Positions 1-8,555 of a stretch of DNA of 64,000 nucleotides are shown here, in pieces (position 1 is the first letter of the stretch; every line of letters starts with the position of its first letter). The notes beneath the pieces were generated by a model. That model worked only from the letters and a program-made list of their open reading frames with translations, was not told the origin of the DNA and ran no database searches. The position numbers and the translations under genes are program-made. The stretch comes from a virus: IMG/VR virus record IMGVR_UViG_3300008113_004357, positions 3,285 through 67,284 of that record; one strand, 5' to 3'.

Positions 1-2
1 AC

Positions 3-386
3 AGCAAAGTATCAGCGCCAGTTAATATTACTAGTGCATCTAACTCGTATCCCGGATATGGTGCAGTTCCTCCACTAACTTATACAACTACAACAACTAA
101 TACCAGCGGACAATTTTTAACAAACGGCTCTAGTGGACTAACCTGGGCTAATCCAAACGAAAATGTAATGATTGTTAAAAATAGTCCGGCCGAATTAGAA
201 GTTAAAGGTCGGATGGTACTAAACGGACGTGACTTGGAAGAACGATTAAACACAATTGAAAAAGTCTTGATGATTCCTGAAAGAGATGTTAAACTAGAGG
301 CAAATTATCCGTTACTTAAACAAAAGTATGATGACTACATTAATACACTTTCTAAATATAGAATGTGGGACGAACTTAAAAAATGA
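3..386 (+). CDS. Hypothetical phage protein, 5'-partial
   Basis: The frame of ORF 168..386 is open back to position 3 (SKVSAPVNITSASNSYPGYG...), so the gene starts before the window. Confidence 0.7.
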   Translation, partial: SKVSAPVNITSASNSYPGYGAVPPLTYTTTTTNTSGQFLTNGSSGLTWANPNENVMIVKNSPAELEVKGRMVLNGRDLEERLNTIEKVLMIPERDVKLEANYPLLKQKYDDYINTLSKYRMWDELKK

Positions 387-907
387 AAAAAACATATTAT
401 AATTGGTCGCAAATAGAAGGAGCATGTTTAGATATTGCTCGACAAATTAACAACAGCGACTGGCGACCAAATTACATTGTAGGCATTACCCGAGGCGGGC
501 TAGTGCCTGCTATCTTATTAAGCCAGTATTTAGAAGTTCCAATGCAATCGTTAGATGTTAGTTTACGTGACGGAGGATCTTGTGTTAGTAACTGCGGAAT
601 GGCCGAGGACGCCTACGGATTTAATGCCGCAGAAAAAGATGGAGACCCATTATGCAAAAACATTTTAATAGTAGACGATATTAATGATCAAGGATCTACT
701 ATTGCTTGGATTAAACAAGACTGGCAATCAAATTGTTTGCCCAATGACGAACGTTGGAATTATGTATGGGGACAAAATGTACGCTTTGCTACGCTTACTA
801 ACAATTTGGCTAGTAAAGAATCAGTTGACTATTCTGTCTGGGAAGTTAACAAAGCAGAGGATGACTGTTGGTTGGTCTATCCCTGGGAAGAGTACTGGCT
901 AAAATGA
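383..907 (+). CDS. Type I phosphoribosyltransferase (xanthine/hypoxanthine-guanine PRT-like)
   Basis: IVGITRGGLVPA, PRPP-binding motif ILIVDDINDQGST, C-terminal WLVYPWE. Confidence 0.9.
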   Translation: MKKTYYNWSQIEGACLDIARQINNSDWRPNYIVGITRGGLVPAILLSQYLEVPMQSLDVSLRDGGSCVSNCGMAEDAYGFNAAEKDGDPLCKNILIVDDINDQGSTIAWIKQDWQSNCLPNDERWNYVWGQNVRFATLTNNLASKESVDYSVWEVNKAEDDCWLVYPWEEYWLK

Positions 908-1095
908 AATTTTTTCTTGGCTTTTTAATAGCTACTATAATTTGGGTAGGTGTATTGGCTGCTATTCCCATGCCTGAAGAACGAGTTCGTATCTATGACT
1001 GTGGCATGGCAGAATGGCATCCTGATATTCCAGCAGACGTAAAAGAAGCATGTAGAAAAAGATTTAAAAATATGCAGCCTGGGCCAACCACATGA
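904..1095 (+). CDS. Small membrane-anchored hypothetical protein
   Basis: ATG at 904 overlaps the upstream stop (ATGA); hydrophobic N-terminus followed by YDC..AEWHPDIP..VKEAC. Confidence 0.65.
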   Translation: MKFFLGFLIATIIWVGVLAAIPMPEERVRIYDCGMAEWHPDIPADVKEACRKRFKNMQPGPTT

Positions 1096-1370
1096 TCAAT
1101 TTTAATATAACTATTAATAATTTTTTTAATAAAGATTTTAAACACTTGTGGGGTGGATGTTTTAGTACTGTATTTTTGCACAAGTTTATTGAATATCAAC
1201 TGTATAGAGACTCTACTATACTAGCAATTAGCTTTGATTGGTCCATTAGAAGAGACCACGCTGGATTAAACATTTGTATTGGTTTATTAAGTTACTGTTT
1301 TGATTTTAATTTCTACGATAATCGTCACTGGAATCATCAGGAGAGACGATATGAAACACACAAAGAATGA
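1092..1370 (+). CDS. Hypothetical protein
   Basis: ATGA overlaps with both neighbours; no recognisable motif. Confidence 0.6.
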   Translation: MINFNITINNFFNKDFKHLWGGCFSTVFLHKFIEYQLYRDSTILAISFDWSIRRDHAGLNICIGLLSYCFDFNFYDNRHWNHQERRYETHKE

Positions 1371-2182
1371 ATACAATGAATTTATTTCCAGGTCCTAAAA
1401 TTGGCATAGTAGGTGCAGGATATGTAGGCGGTGCTATTGCTCGAGCATATCAAGATGTTACAGGAAACATAATCTGCGTAGATGCAGATCCTAGTAAATC
1501 TACTGGCACTTATCAAGACCTTATAGACTGCGAAGCTGTATTTGTCTGTGTTCCTAGTCCTAGTAAAGACAATGGCGAATGCGATACTAGTATACTAAAT
1601 TCTGTTTTATATCTTCTTAAAGATTATAAAAACGTTATTATTAGTAAAACTACCGCTACTCCTGATTTTTATCAAAGAATTCAAGAAGTATACCCTAATC
1701 TAGTTCATGTTCCAGAGTTTTTAACTGCGGCTAATGCAGTACATGACTTTCTTACACAAGAGCATGTTATAATTGGCGGTGCGGTGTTGGCCTATCAACG
1801 AGAAGCTGAAAGAATACTAAAATTTGTACAACCAATTAAAGCGGCTGCATATACATCAATAGGTGAGGCTGCTTTAACAAAATATATTATCAATTCATTT
1901 CTTGCTACCAAAGTAGTGTTCATGAATGAAATGTACGAACTAGCAGACAGTCTAGGCTATGACTGGCGCAAAATGTCTATACTGTTAATGAGTGACTCTA
2001 GATTAGGCGGCAGTCATATGGCTGTACCAGGTCCGGATGGGCAATTTGGTTTTGGCGGTGCATGTTTTCCAAAAGACACAGATGCTTTAATTAAATTTGC
2101 CTCTAAAAAAGGTGTAAACCTAAATACTTTGAAGGCAGCAGTAAAGAAAAACGATCTTTTGAGGTTGCATAAACCTAAATAA
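1367..2182 (+). CDS. UDP-glucose/GDP-mannose dehydrogenase family protein, short form lacking the C-terminal domain
   Basis: Rossmann motif IGIVGAGYVG, FVCVPSP, PEFL, KY..NSFLATKV.F.NE, catalytic GFGGACFPKD; only 271 aa. Confidence 0.85.
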   Translation: MNTMNLFPGPKIGIVGAGYVGGAIARAYQDVTGNIICVDADPSKSTGTYQDLIDCEAVFVCVPSPSKDNGECDTSILNSVLYLLKDYKNVIISKTTATPDFYQRIQEVYPNLVHVPEFLTAANAVHDFLTQEHVIIGGAVLAYQREAERILKFVQPIKAAAYTSIGEAALTKYIINSFLATKVVFMNEMYELADSLGYDWRKMSILLMSDSRLGGSHMAVPGPDGQFGFGGACFPKDTDALIKFASKKGVNLNTLKAAVKKNDLLRLHKPK

Positions 2183-2193
2183 GTCTGTATAAT
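2165..2193 (+). promoter_or_regulatory. Sigma70-like promoter (TTGCAT-17-TATAAT) with an embedded late-type TAAATA, upstream of folE
   Basis: TTGCAT 2165-2170, 17-nt spacer containing TAAATA (2176-2181), TATAAT 2188-2193. Confidence 0.6.
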
Positions 2194-2234
2194 AACGCAT
2201 AGACATCCACGTCTATAACTCGGAGAAAACTATA

Positions 2235-3071
2235 ATGACAGCAAAATTTAAACCAGACCCCGTAATTAATACAAAAATTGATAAAGACTTTGTCAAGGAT
2301 GAGTACAAAGACGATTATGTACCTTTGAACAAGGAAGTCTATATTAAAGCGGGGGAAATGATGAGTGACAAAGGCTACGAAGAAGCGTATCTTGGTGATC
2401 ATCTTCGCTTTAAAATGAAACGTGATAAGAAACGTTTCTGGGCAGGCGACAATATCAGTGACTACTTACATGAAGGTGATGTAGAAAAACTAATTGACGA
2501 GGCAACAGAAGCGTTTGAACTTGTATTAGATCGATTGCTTATTGATAGAGAAAACGATCCTAACAGTAAAGGTACAGCAAGACGTCTTGCTAAAATGTAC
2601 TTTAATGAAATAATGGCAGGAAGATATGAACCATCACCAGACGCAACAGCGTTCCCAAATGATTCGGAGGACCGTTACGAAGGTATGTTGGTTGTCCGTA
2701 GCGAGCTTCGCAGTATGTGTAGTCATCATCACCAACCCGTTACTGGCGTTGCTTACATTGGCCTTATTGCTGCCGAGAAACTTATTGGTCTCTCAAAGTA
2801 CACACGTATCGCACAGTGGTGCGCCAGACGTGGTACTCTCCAGGAGGAACTTTGCAATGACATTGCTAGGGAGATCGAAAAAGCCACAGGTGCCAAAGAT
2901 CTAGGAGTATATATTCAAGCAGTACATGGATGCTGTGAGAATCGCGGCATTATGGCACACAGTTCACTGACTCAGACTACAGTATTGAAAGGTGCGTTTA
3001 AAGAAGACGGCAATACAAAGAAAGAGTTTTTTGACAATATTAAACTACAACAAGAATTTGCACCGAGGTAA
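2235..3071 (+). CDS. folE: GTP cyclohydrolase I
   Basis: GTARRLAKMY, SMCSHHHQP, IGLSKYTRI, R..LQEEL, HGCCENRG; GGAG SD at 2222. Confidence 0.95.
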   Translation: MTAKFKPDPVINTKIDKDFVKDEYKDDYVPLNKEVYIKAGEMMSDKGYEEAYLGDHLRFKMKRDKKRFWAGDNISDYLHEGDVEKLIDEATEAFELVLDRLLIDRENDPNSKGTARRLAKMYFNEIMAGRYEPSPDATAFPNDSEDRYEGMLVVRSELRSMCSHHHQPVTGVAYIGLIAAEKLIGLSKYTRIAQWCARRGTLQEELCNDIAREIEKATGAKDLGVYIQAVHGCCENRGIMAHSSLTQTTVLKGAFKEDGNTKKEFFDNIKLQQEFAPR

Positions 3072-3076
3072 CTACT

Positions 3077-3490
3077 ATGGCTATTTGGAAAATTACTAAT
3101 TATCATAAAAAGAATGCTGTCGAACGCCAATTTTGGTATAAAGACGGTATAACTGTAACTAAAGACGAAGGGTTTCGTTGGGGAAATTGGACCTGTGAAA
3201 GTGACGAACGTCCTGACATTGACCTAGATAATCCTGACGGGTATGATGTTTTATGTACCGACTATGATTGGGAAATGGAAGATATGAACGACGGTTGTTG
3301 GGTCGAATGGACATTCCCTGATGACATGCCTGAAGAAGAACGTGAGCGTATTCAAGCACTTTGGGATGAAGATTGGTACGAAGGAATGGAAGGCGATGGC
3401 TGGACTAACGATGATACTGAACATTGGATTTACGGTCCAATTCAACTGACTAATGTAGACACAGGTGAAGAATGGCACGGTAAGGATTAA
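3077..3490 (+). CDS. Highly acidic, Trp-rich hypothetical protein
   Basis: GAGG SD; about 38 D/E and 12 W in 137 aa (hand count). Confidence 0.75.
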   Translation: MAIWKITNYHKKNAVERQFWYKDGITVTKDEGFRWGNWTCESDERPDIDLDNPDGYDVLCTDYDWEMEDMNDGCWVEWTFPDDMPEEERERIQALWDEDWYEGMEGDGWTNDDTEHWIYGPIQLTNVDTGEEWHGKD

Positions 3491-3492
3491 CA

Positions 3493-3879
3493 ATGACAGA
3501 TAAATTTTTTGAAGGCCCCGATGATATTGACGATAGTGAAGCACCTTGGGACAATATTGTTCGAGAAGACTTTCATGTTGCTGTGTACAAAGACAAGTAT
3601 CCAGTAACTGAAGGCCACTTGTTATTTGTTCCCAAGTACAATACTATCACTATTGTAATGCAGGCTATGGAAGACGCTCTTCGAGAAGGCCGTAGAGGTG
3701 TAGAGTTAAAAGAGTGGGACGGCTTTAATGTAGGTATTAACTACGGAGAAGCAAGTGGGCAGACTGTTATGTGGCCACACATTCATATGATTCCAAGACG
3801 CAATGGTGATATGGAAGATCCTAGAGGAGGCGTAAGACATGTTATTCCAGAACGTGGAAACTACAAAAAAGAAACATAA
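3493..3879 (+). CDS. HIT family hydrolase
   Basis: DKYPVTEGHLLFVPK, GFNVGINYGEASGQTV, WPHIHMIPRR.GD. Confidence 0.9.
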   Translation: MTDKFFEGPDDIDDSEAPWDNIVREDFHVAVYKDKYPVTEGHLLFVPKYNTITIVMQAMEDALREGRRGVELKEWDGFNVGINYGEASGQTVMWPHIHMIPRRNGDMEDPRGGVRHVIPERGNYKKET

Positions 3880-4126
3880 AAAGTTAGACATTCCTCCTAA
3901 ACCAGATTGGTGGCAAAACAACCTGCCCGATGATCAAGTGATCACAATTAAGTGGCATAATCAAAACAATCAATGGTGGAATGAAACGTGTGCTAGTGTA
4001 CTAGAAGTATTTGGATTACCTGGAAATAGATTTTATTATAAACCTTATCCAGACTTTATGACATTTACTTTTAAAACAAAAAAAGACGCCAATCTGTGTC
4101 GTATATTATTAAGTGAAAAATTATGA
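3839..4126 (+). CDS. Hypothetical phage protein
   Basis: Fits the operon packing; start codon uncertain. Confidence 0.55.
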   Translation: MLFQNVETTKKKHKKLDIPPKPDWWQNNLPDDQVITIKWHNQNNQWWNETCASVLEVFGLPGNRFYYKPYPDFMTFTFKTKKDANLCRILLSEKL

Positions 4127-4419
4127 AGTGGTTTAAAAAATTATTGTGGCGTTGGGCTTACCAAGGACAAGAATTAGAAGAGAATATTAAGATGTCTACT
4201 GGCAATAGGTTAATTAGTAGAGACGAGGCTGCAACATGCGGAGACGATCCTATCTTAAACTTCAAAGTGTATAGTGCAGTAGGTGGAAAGGTTGTAGAGT
4301 TTAGACGTTACGATCGTAAAAATGATTATAACGATACTACTACCTATATCATTACTAATGATCAAGACTTTGGAGATCGTATTGCTAAAATTGCAATGAT
4401 GGAGAATCTAAAACTATGA
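4123..4419 (+). CDS. Hypothetical phage protein
   Basis: ATGA overlaps on both sides. Confidence 0.7.
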   Translation: MKWFKKLLWRWAYQGQELEENIKMSTGNRLISRDEAATCGDDPILNFKVYSAVGGKVVEFRRYDRKNDYNDTTTYIITNDQDFGDRIAKIAMMENLKL

Positions 4420-4757
4420 TAGCTCAAGAGCCAGCAAAAGGTGTATTGCTAGTAAGTGAATGGGGTTCTAGCAAAATGTACAAAGCCGTATGTGAGTGCG
4501 GCGACAACGATTGTACTCACACTATAGATGTTGAGGCAGAAGATACTGGCGTTACTGTAACCATTTACACAACTACTAGAACCAATTTTTGGAGTAAGTC
4601 ACGTTGGAGTCATATTTGGCAATTGCTAACCAAAGGACATACTAATTTTGAAACTTGTATTATGATGAATAAACAGGTTGCTCTTAACTATGCTAATGTG
4701 TTACAATTAGCAGTAAAGGACGTAGAAGAATTTAGGAACAAGCATGGAAAAAATTAA
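4416..4757 (+). CDS. Hypothetical phage protein, possibly metal-binding
   Basis: GGAG SD; CECGDNDCTH motif. Confidence 0.7.
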   Translation: MIAQEPAKGVLLVSEWGSSKMYKAVCECGDNDCTHTIDVEAEDTGVTVTIYTTTRTNFWSKSRWSHIWQLLTKGHTNFETCIMMNKQVALNYANVLQLAVKDVEEFRNKHGKN

Positions 4758-5616
4758 AATAAGTGAAATGTTTTATTCTGCTCAAGGAGAAGGACGCTTT
4801 GTAGGCGTGCCTTCTATTTTCTTGCGTACATTTGGTTGTAACTTTAAGTGTGCTGGGTTTGGCATGCCTAAAGGAGAATTAAGTACAGAAGCAGATGTTG
4901 TAGCAGAACAACAGGTTTCTTTTAATAAATGGAAAACTTTTGAAGAGCTACCTTTAGTAAACACAGGGTGTGACAGTTATGCTAGCTGGCATCCTGCATT
5001 CAAAGAGTTAAGTCCGTACTATACACTAGACGAATGTATAGACAAAATGTTAGATTACACTCCTAACAAACGATGGACACAGGACAATGGCAATGACGTT
5101 CATTTAGTTATTACTGGAGGGGAGCCATTACTTGGCTGGCAACAACTATACACACCGTTGTTGAAAAATCCTCGTATGCAAGATCTGTGGAATGTAACTT
5201 TTGAGACTAATGGTACTCAACATCTTTACAAAGAGTTAAAAACATTCATTGCTTGGAATTGGAATGAATATACTGGTAGAGAAGTAACCTTTAGCGTAAG
5301 TCCAAAGTTAAGTGCCAGCGGAGAAGATTGGGCTGACACTATTAAACCAGAAGTAATTCTTGACTATCAAGAAGTTGGTTTTGTTTATCTTAAATTTGTA
5401 GTGTCTACGTTAGAGCATTTAGAAGAAGTAGATCGCGCAGTTGGTGTGTACAGACGTGCAGGATTTAAAGGCCCTGTATATGTTATGCCAGTTGGGGGCG
5501 TTGTCAGTGTCTATGACAATAACAGAATTCATATTGCTGATGAAGCATTAAAAAGAGGTTACTACTATAGTCCACGATTACACGTAGACTTGTGGGGTAA
5601 CGGATGGGGGAAATAA
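4744..5616 (+). CDS. queE: 7-carboxy-7-deazaguanine synthase (QueE/NrdG-like radical SAM)
   Basis: SEMFYSAQGEGRFVGVPSIFLRTFGCNFKC...CDS, VITGGEPLL, FETNGT, SVSPK, LKFVV, SPRLH; folE nearby. Confidence 0.85.
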   Translation: MEKIKISEMFYSAQGEGRFVGVPSIFLRTFGCNFKCAGFGMPKGELSTEADVVAEQQVSFNKWKTFEELPLVNTGCDSYASWHPAFKELSPYYTLDECIDKMLDYTPNKRWTQDNGNDVHLVITGGEPLLGWQQLYTPLLKNPRMQDLWNVTFETNGTQHLYKELKTFIAWNWNEYTGREVTFSVSPKLSASGEDWADTIKPEVILDYQEVGFVYLKFVVSTLEHLEEVDRAVGVYRRAGFKGPVYVMPVGGVVSVYDNNRIHIADEALKRGYYYSPRLHVDLWGNGWGK

Positions 5617-6065
5617 TGAAGAAACTTTTAAAGAAAGTATTTGGACTTGATAAGATAGAGGAAGAAGTTGAGATTGCTCGTCAAAAGCTTGAAGAAGCAG
5701 AGAAGGCTAGATTAGAAGCAGAAGCGTCTGTTCAAAAAGCTCTGGAAGAAGAAGAACTGGCTAAACTTACTCCCAAAGAACGTGCTACAGCCAAAGGTGA
5801 ACCTTGGGTAGCTGTACTGGACACACATGTTAACAAAGACAATATTCGTAACGGCTTTTTTGAACTTGACTGGAATGAACATTTTGTGTTAGAATTAAAA
5901 CGTGCAGGCTACGGCTTTGACGGTGATCCAGATGAAGAAATTGTGGATCGTTGGTTTAGAGATTTGGCTAGAAACATTTTAGGTGAAGAAGGTCAAGACA
6001 CTACTCGCGGTGCCGGTTTTATAAATGTTGTTCCAATTTCAAAAGGCAAATCAGAGGTTTCATGA
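5616..6065 (+). CDS. Hypothetical phage protein with an N-terminal coiled coil
   Basis: TAATG overlap with queE; E/K/A-rich helix, then GEPWVAVL...GFFELDWN. Confidence 0.7.
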   Translation: MKKLLKKVFGLDKIEEEVEIARQKLEEAEKARLEAEASVQKALEEEELAKLTPKERATAKGEPWVAVLDTHVNKDNIRNGFFELDWNEHFVLELKRAGYGFDGDPDEEIVDRWFRDLARNILGEEGQDTTRGAGFINVVPISKGKSEVS

Positions 6066-7027
6066 CTTATATTTTAGTAGATACTGCTAACACATTTTTT
6101 CGTGCTAGGCACGTTATTCGTGGCGATGCTGACATTAAGTTAGGCATGGCACTACACATTACTTTTAACAGTATCAAAAAGGCATGGCAAGACTTTGATG
6201 GCAGTCATGTTGTATTCTGTCTCGAAGGTCGCTCGTGGCGCAAGGACTATTACAAGCCCTATAAAGCTAACCGTGCAGAAACTCGTGCGGCTATGACTGT
6301 AAAAGAACAAGAAGAAGACAAACTATTCTGGGAAACGTTTGATTCGTTTAAAGATTTTGTTATTAACAAAACTAATTCCACAGTACTTCAAAACTCTGTG
6401 CTAGAAGCAGATGATCTTATTGCAGGTTGGATTGCTAATCATCCCGATGATGACCATGTGATCATTTCGACAGACAGCGACTTTCATCAGTTAATTGCGC
6501 CTAATGTCAAACAATATAACGGTGTAGCAGAAACATTGACTACACACGAAGGCATCTTTGACAAAAAAGGCAAAATGGTTAAGGATACTAAAACTGGCGA
6601 GCCTAAAGACATTCCCAATCCAGAGTGGATCTTGTTTGAGAAATGTATGCGTGGCGACAGCAGTGATAACGTATTCTCAGCATATCCAAAGGTACGTAAA
6701 AACAAGCTTGAAGAAGCTTTTAAAGATCGTACTAGCAAGGGATTCGCGTGGAACAACATGATGTTGCAACGCTGGGTCGACCATGAAGGCAAAGAACACC
6801 GAGTATTAGACGACTACGAACGTAATCGTCAACTGATTGATTTGAAACATCAGCCTGACGATATTAAAGCCATTATTAAACAAACTATTGCTGAAAACAG
6901 CAAACCTAAAAATATTGATCAAGTAGGCATTCGTCTTCTTAAGTTTTGTCAACTATATGATATGAAAAGAATGATGGACAGTATTCAACAATATGCAGAA
7001 CCGTTACAGGCAAAATACAAGGAGTAA
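6062..7027 (+). CDS. rnh: T4 RNase H-like 5'-3' exonuclease / flap endonuclease
   Basis: ILVD..N, SWRKDYYKPYKANR, LEADDLIA, IISTDSDFHQL, RGDSSDNV. Confidence 0.88.
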   Translation: MTYILVDTANTFFRARHVIRGDADIKLGMALHITFNSIKKAWQDFDGSHVVFCLEGRSWRKDYYKPYKANRAETRAAMTVKEQEEDKLFWETFDSFKDFVINKTNSTVLQNSVLEADDLIAGWIANHPDDDHVIISTDSDFHQLIAPNVKQYNGVAETLTTHEGIFDKKGKMVKDTKTGEPKDIPNPEWILFEKCMRGDSSDNVFSAYPKVRKNKLEEAFKDRTSKGFAWNNMMLQRWVDHEGKEHRVLDDYERNRQLIDLKHQPDDIKAIIKQTIAENSKPKNIDQVGIRLLKFCQLYDMKRMMDSIQQYAEPLQAKYKE

Positions 7028-7031
7028 CCTT

Positions 7032-7511
7032 ATGACAGAATTTCAAGCTAAACCTATTGTAGATGGAAAATTTTGGATCGTTGAAAAAGACGGAGAAAAA
7101 ATTGGTACGCTATCTAAAAAAGAAAATAATAAATTTGTCTTAAGTAGCAAAGACGGATCAAGTTTTTTTGGAAAGAAAGAAGAAATTATCAAAGCATTTG
7201 GTAAAGATTTTTTTCAAACAAAAATTAAAACTACTGTAAGTAATGAGTCCATAAGAGATGTTTACGGATACCCGACTAGCTGTCATCCGTATAACCCAAT
7301 GTTTAATGTTCAAAAGAAATTACCATTGTTTACAAAAAGTCCAGATAGCAAAAGTCTGTACTGTGCAGGATACTATATTATTAGATTTGACAAAGGATGG
7401 GTCAAAAGCTTTTGTCCCAAGCTAATTACTATTGAACGCTACGAAAACAAAGGTCCTTTTAAAACTGAATTAGAAATGAAGCAGGTGCTATCAAATGCCA
7501 GATCCGATTAA
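7032..7511 (+). CDS. Hypothetical phage protein
   Basis: GGAG SD before ATG 7032. Confidence 0.7.
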   Translation: MTEFQAKPIVDGKFWIVEKDGEKIGTLSKKENNKFVLSSKDGSSFFGKKEEIIKAFGKDFFQTKIKTTVSNESIRDVYGYPTSCHPYNPMFNVQKKLPLFTKSPDSKSLYCAGYYIIRFDKGWVKSFCPKLITIERYENKGPFKTELEMKQVLSNARSD

Positions 7512-7737
7512 TACTATTCCTATTCAGCAGTTTATACAACAGGTAAAGGCCGCTGAATTAGCTCAACAAAGAGAAATAAAAATAGACATTAAAAATGCTA
7601 AACTTTTGGCATTATGTCTTGCAGAATTAAGTGCAAAGCTTTTAGAAGACTACGATGCAATTTTAAGCAAAGTCCAGTCTACACAATCCGAAGAAATTGT
7701 CATTAAGCTAGATGGCGGTGGTTTTAGCAATACCTAA
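7495..7737 (+). CDS. Hypothetical phage protein
   Basis: 80-aa ORF in the operon, ending LDGGGF. Confidence 0.65.
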   Translation: MPDPINTIPIQQFIQQVKAAELAQQREIKIDIKNAKLLALCLAELSAKLLEDYDAILSKVQSTQSEEIVIKLDGGGFSNT

Positions 7738-7742
7738 TTATG

Positions 7743-7781
7743 GATAAATATATGCGTAGTTAAAAGGACGCATATAACATG
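7743..7781 (+). promoter_or_regulatory. Late-promoter-like GATAAATA plus a hairpin over the translation-initiation region
   Basis: GATAAATA 7743-7750; perfect inverted repeat TATATGCGT (7749-7757) / ACGCATATA (7768-7776) flanking and partly overlapping SD AAGGA (7764-7768); ATG at 7779. Confidence 0.6.
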
Positions 7782-8063
7782 AGTAGACCAAAACCAAAAG
7801 TTTTGCTCGAGTACACAAACAAAAAAACGTATAAGACAGAACAAGTATTAGATTCAGACGCTATCTGGGCTGTATTTTACAAAAATCAGCCATTTAATCT
7901 TAAGAGCTTTAACAGCCTTACGAGCTATCCTGGACCAAAATACAAAAAAGTCAGTTTTAGTAATCCCGGACATGCTATTAATCTAGCTAAAAAGCTTAAT
8001 AGAATGTTTAGCAGTGACGAATTTCAAGTAGTTAAACTTACTGCTGGCGAAATAATTAAATGA
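7779..8063 (+). CDS. Basic hypothetical phage protein
   Basis: SD AAGGA; MSRPKPKVLLE...YPGPKYKKVSFSNPGHA. Confidence 0.75.
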   Translation: MSRPKPKVLLEYTNKKTYKTEQVLDSDAIWAVFYKNQPFNLKSFNSLTSYPGPKYKKVSFSNPGHAINLAKKLNRMFSSDEFQVVKLTAGEIIK

Positions 8064-8458
8064 TATCTAGAGAGACATTTACTAAAATTTTTCTTAAAGA
8101 AATGAACCGTAGTACGGATGCGGCAAATGTAAGATTGCATCTAAACGAATGGTGGCAAAGTAAACGCACTAAAGAGGGCGGCGGCTTAAGATTGAGCCTT
8201 AAAGGTTACGAGTTTTTAGTAAGTGAATTAAATCTCAAAGAATACGAAATCCCTTTTAACGAAAAAATTGAACTGAGTCCTCAAACTATAATATTTTTTG
8301 ATCAGTTTTTGGATAGTCCGTATTTTTTAACCAACCAAAGTCTTACCGTTTTTAACGAGAAAAAAGCATTTGAACTCTACATGTTTTCAGACGACATTCG
8401 AAAATATGGACTTATCAAGGCCATAAATAATCAAAAACATATTGCTCAAAACGACTAA
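8060..8458 (+). CDS. Hypothetical phage protein
   Basis: ATGA overlap; 132 aa. Confidence 0.7.
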   Translation: MISRETFTKIFLKEMNRSTDAANVRLHLNEWWQSKRTKEGGGLRLSLKGYEFLVSELNLKEYEIPFNEKIELSPQTIIFFDQFLDSPYFLTNQSLTVFNEKKAFELYMFSDDIRKYGLIKAINNQKHIAQND

Positions 8459-8474
8459 ATCCCCCAAAAAGGCG

Positions 8475-8503
8475 TTGACAACTAGAAGCAATGACACTAT
8501 AAT
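8475..8503 (+). promoter_or_regulatory. Consensus sigma70 (early) promoter
   Basis: TTGACA 8475-8480, 17-nt spacer, TATAAT 8498-8503, in the intergenic gap before the AAA gene. Confidence 0.9.
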
Positions 8504-8555
8504 AGATACATAGACAGTTAGTTCTATCAAGTGTTTAACCTAACTAGGAGTTTTT

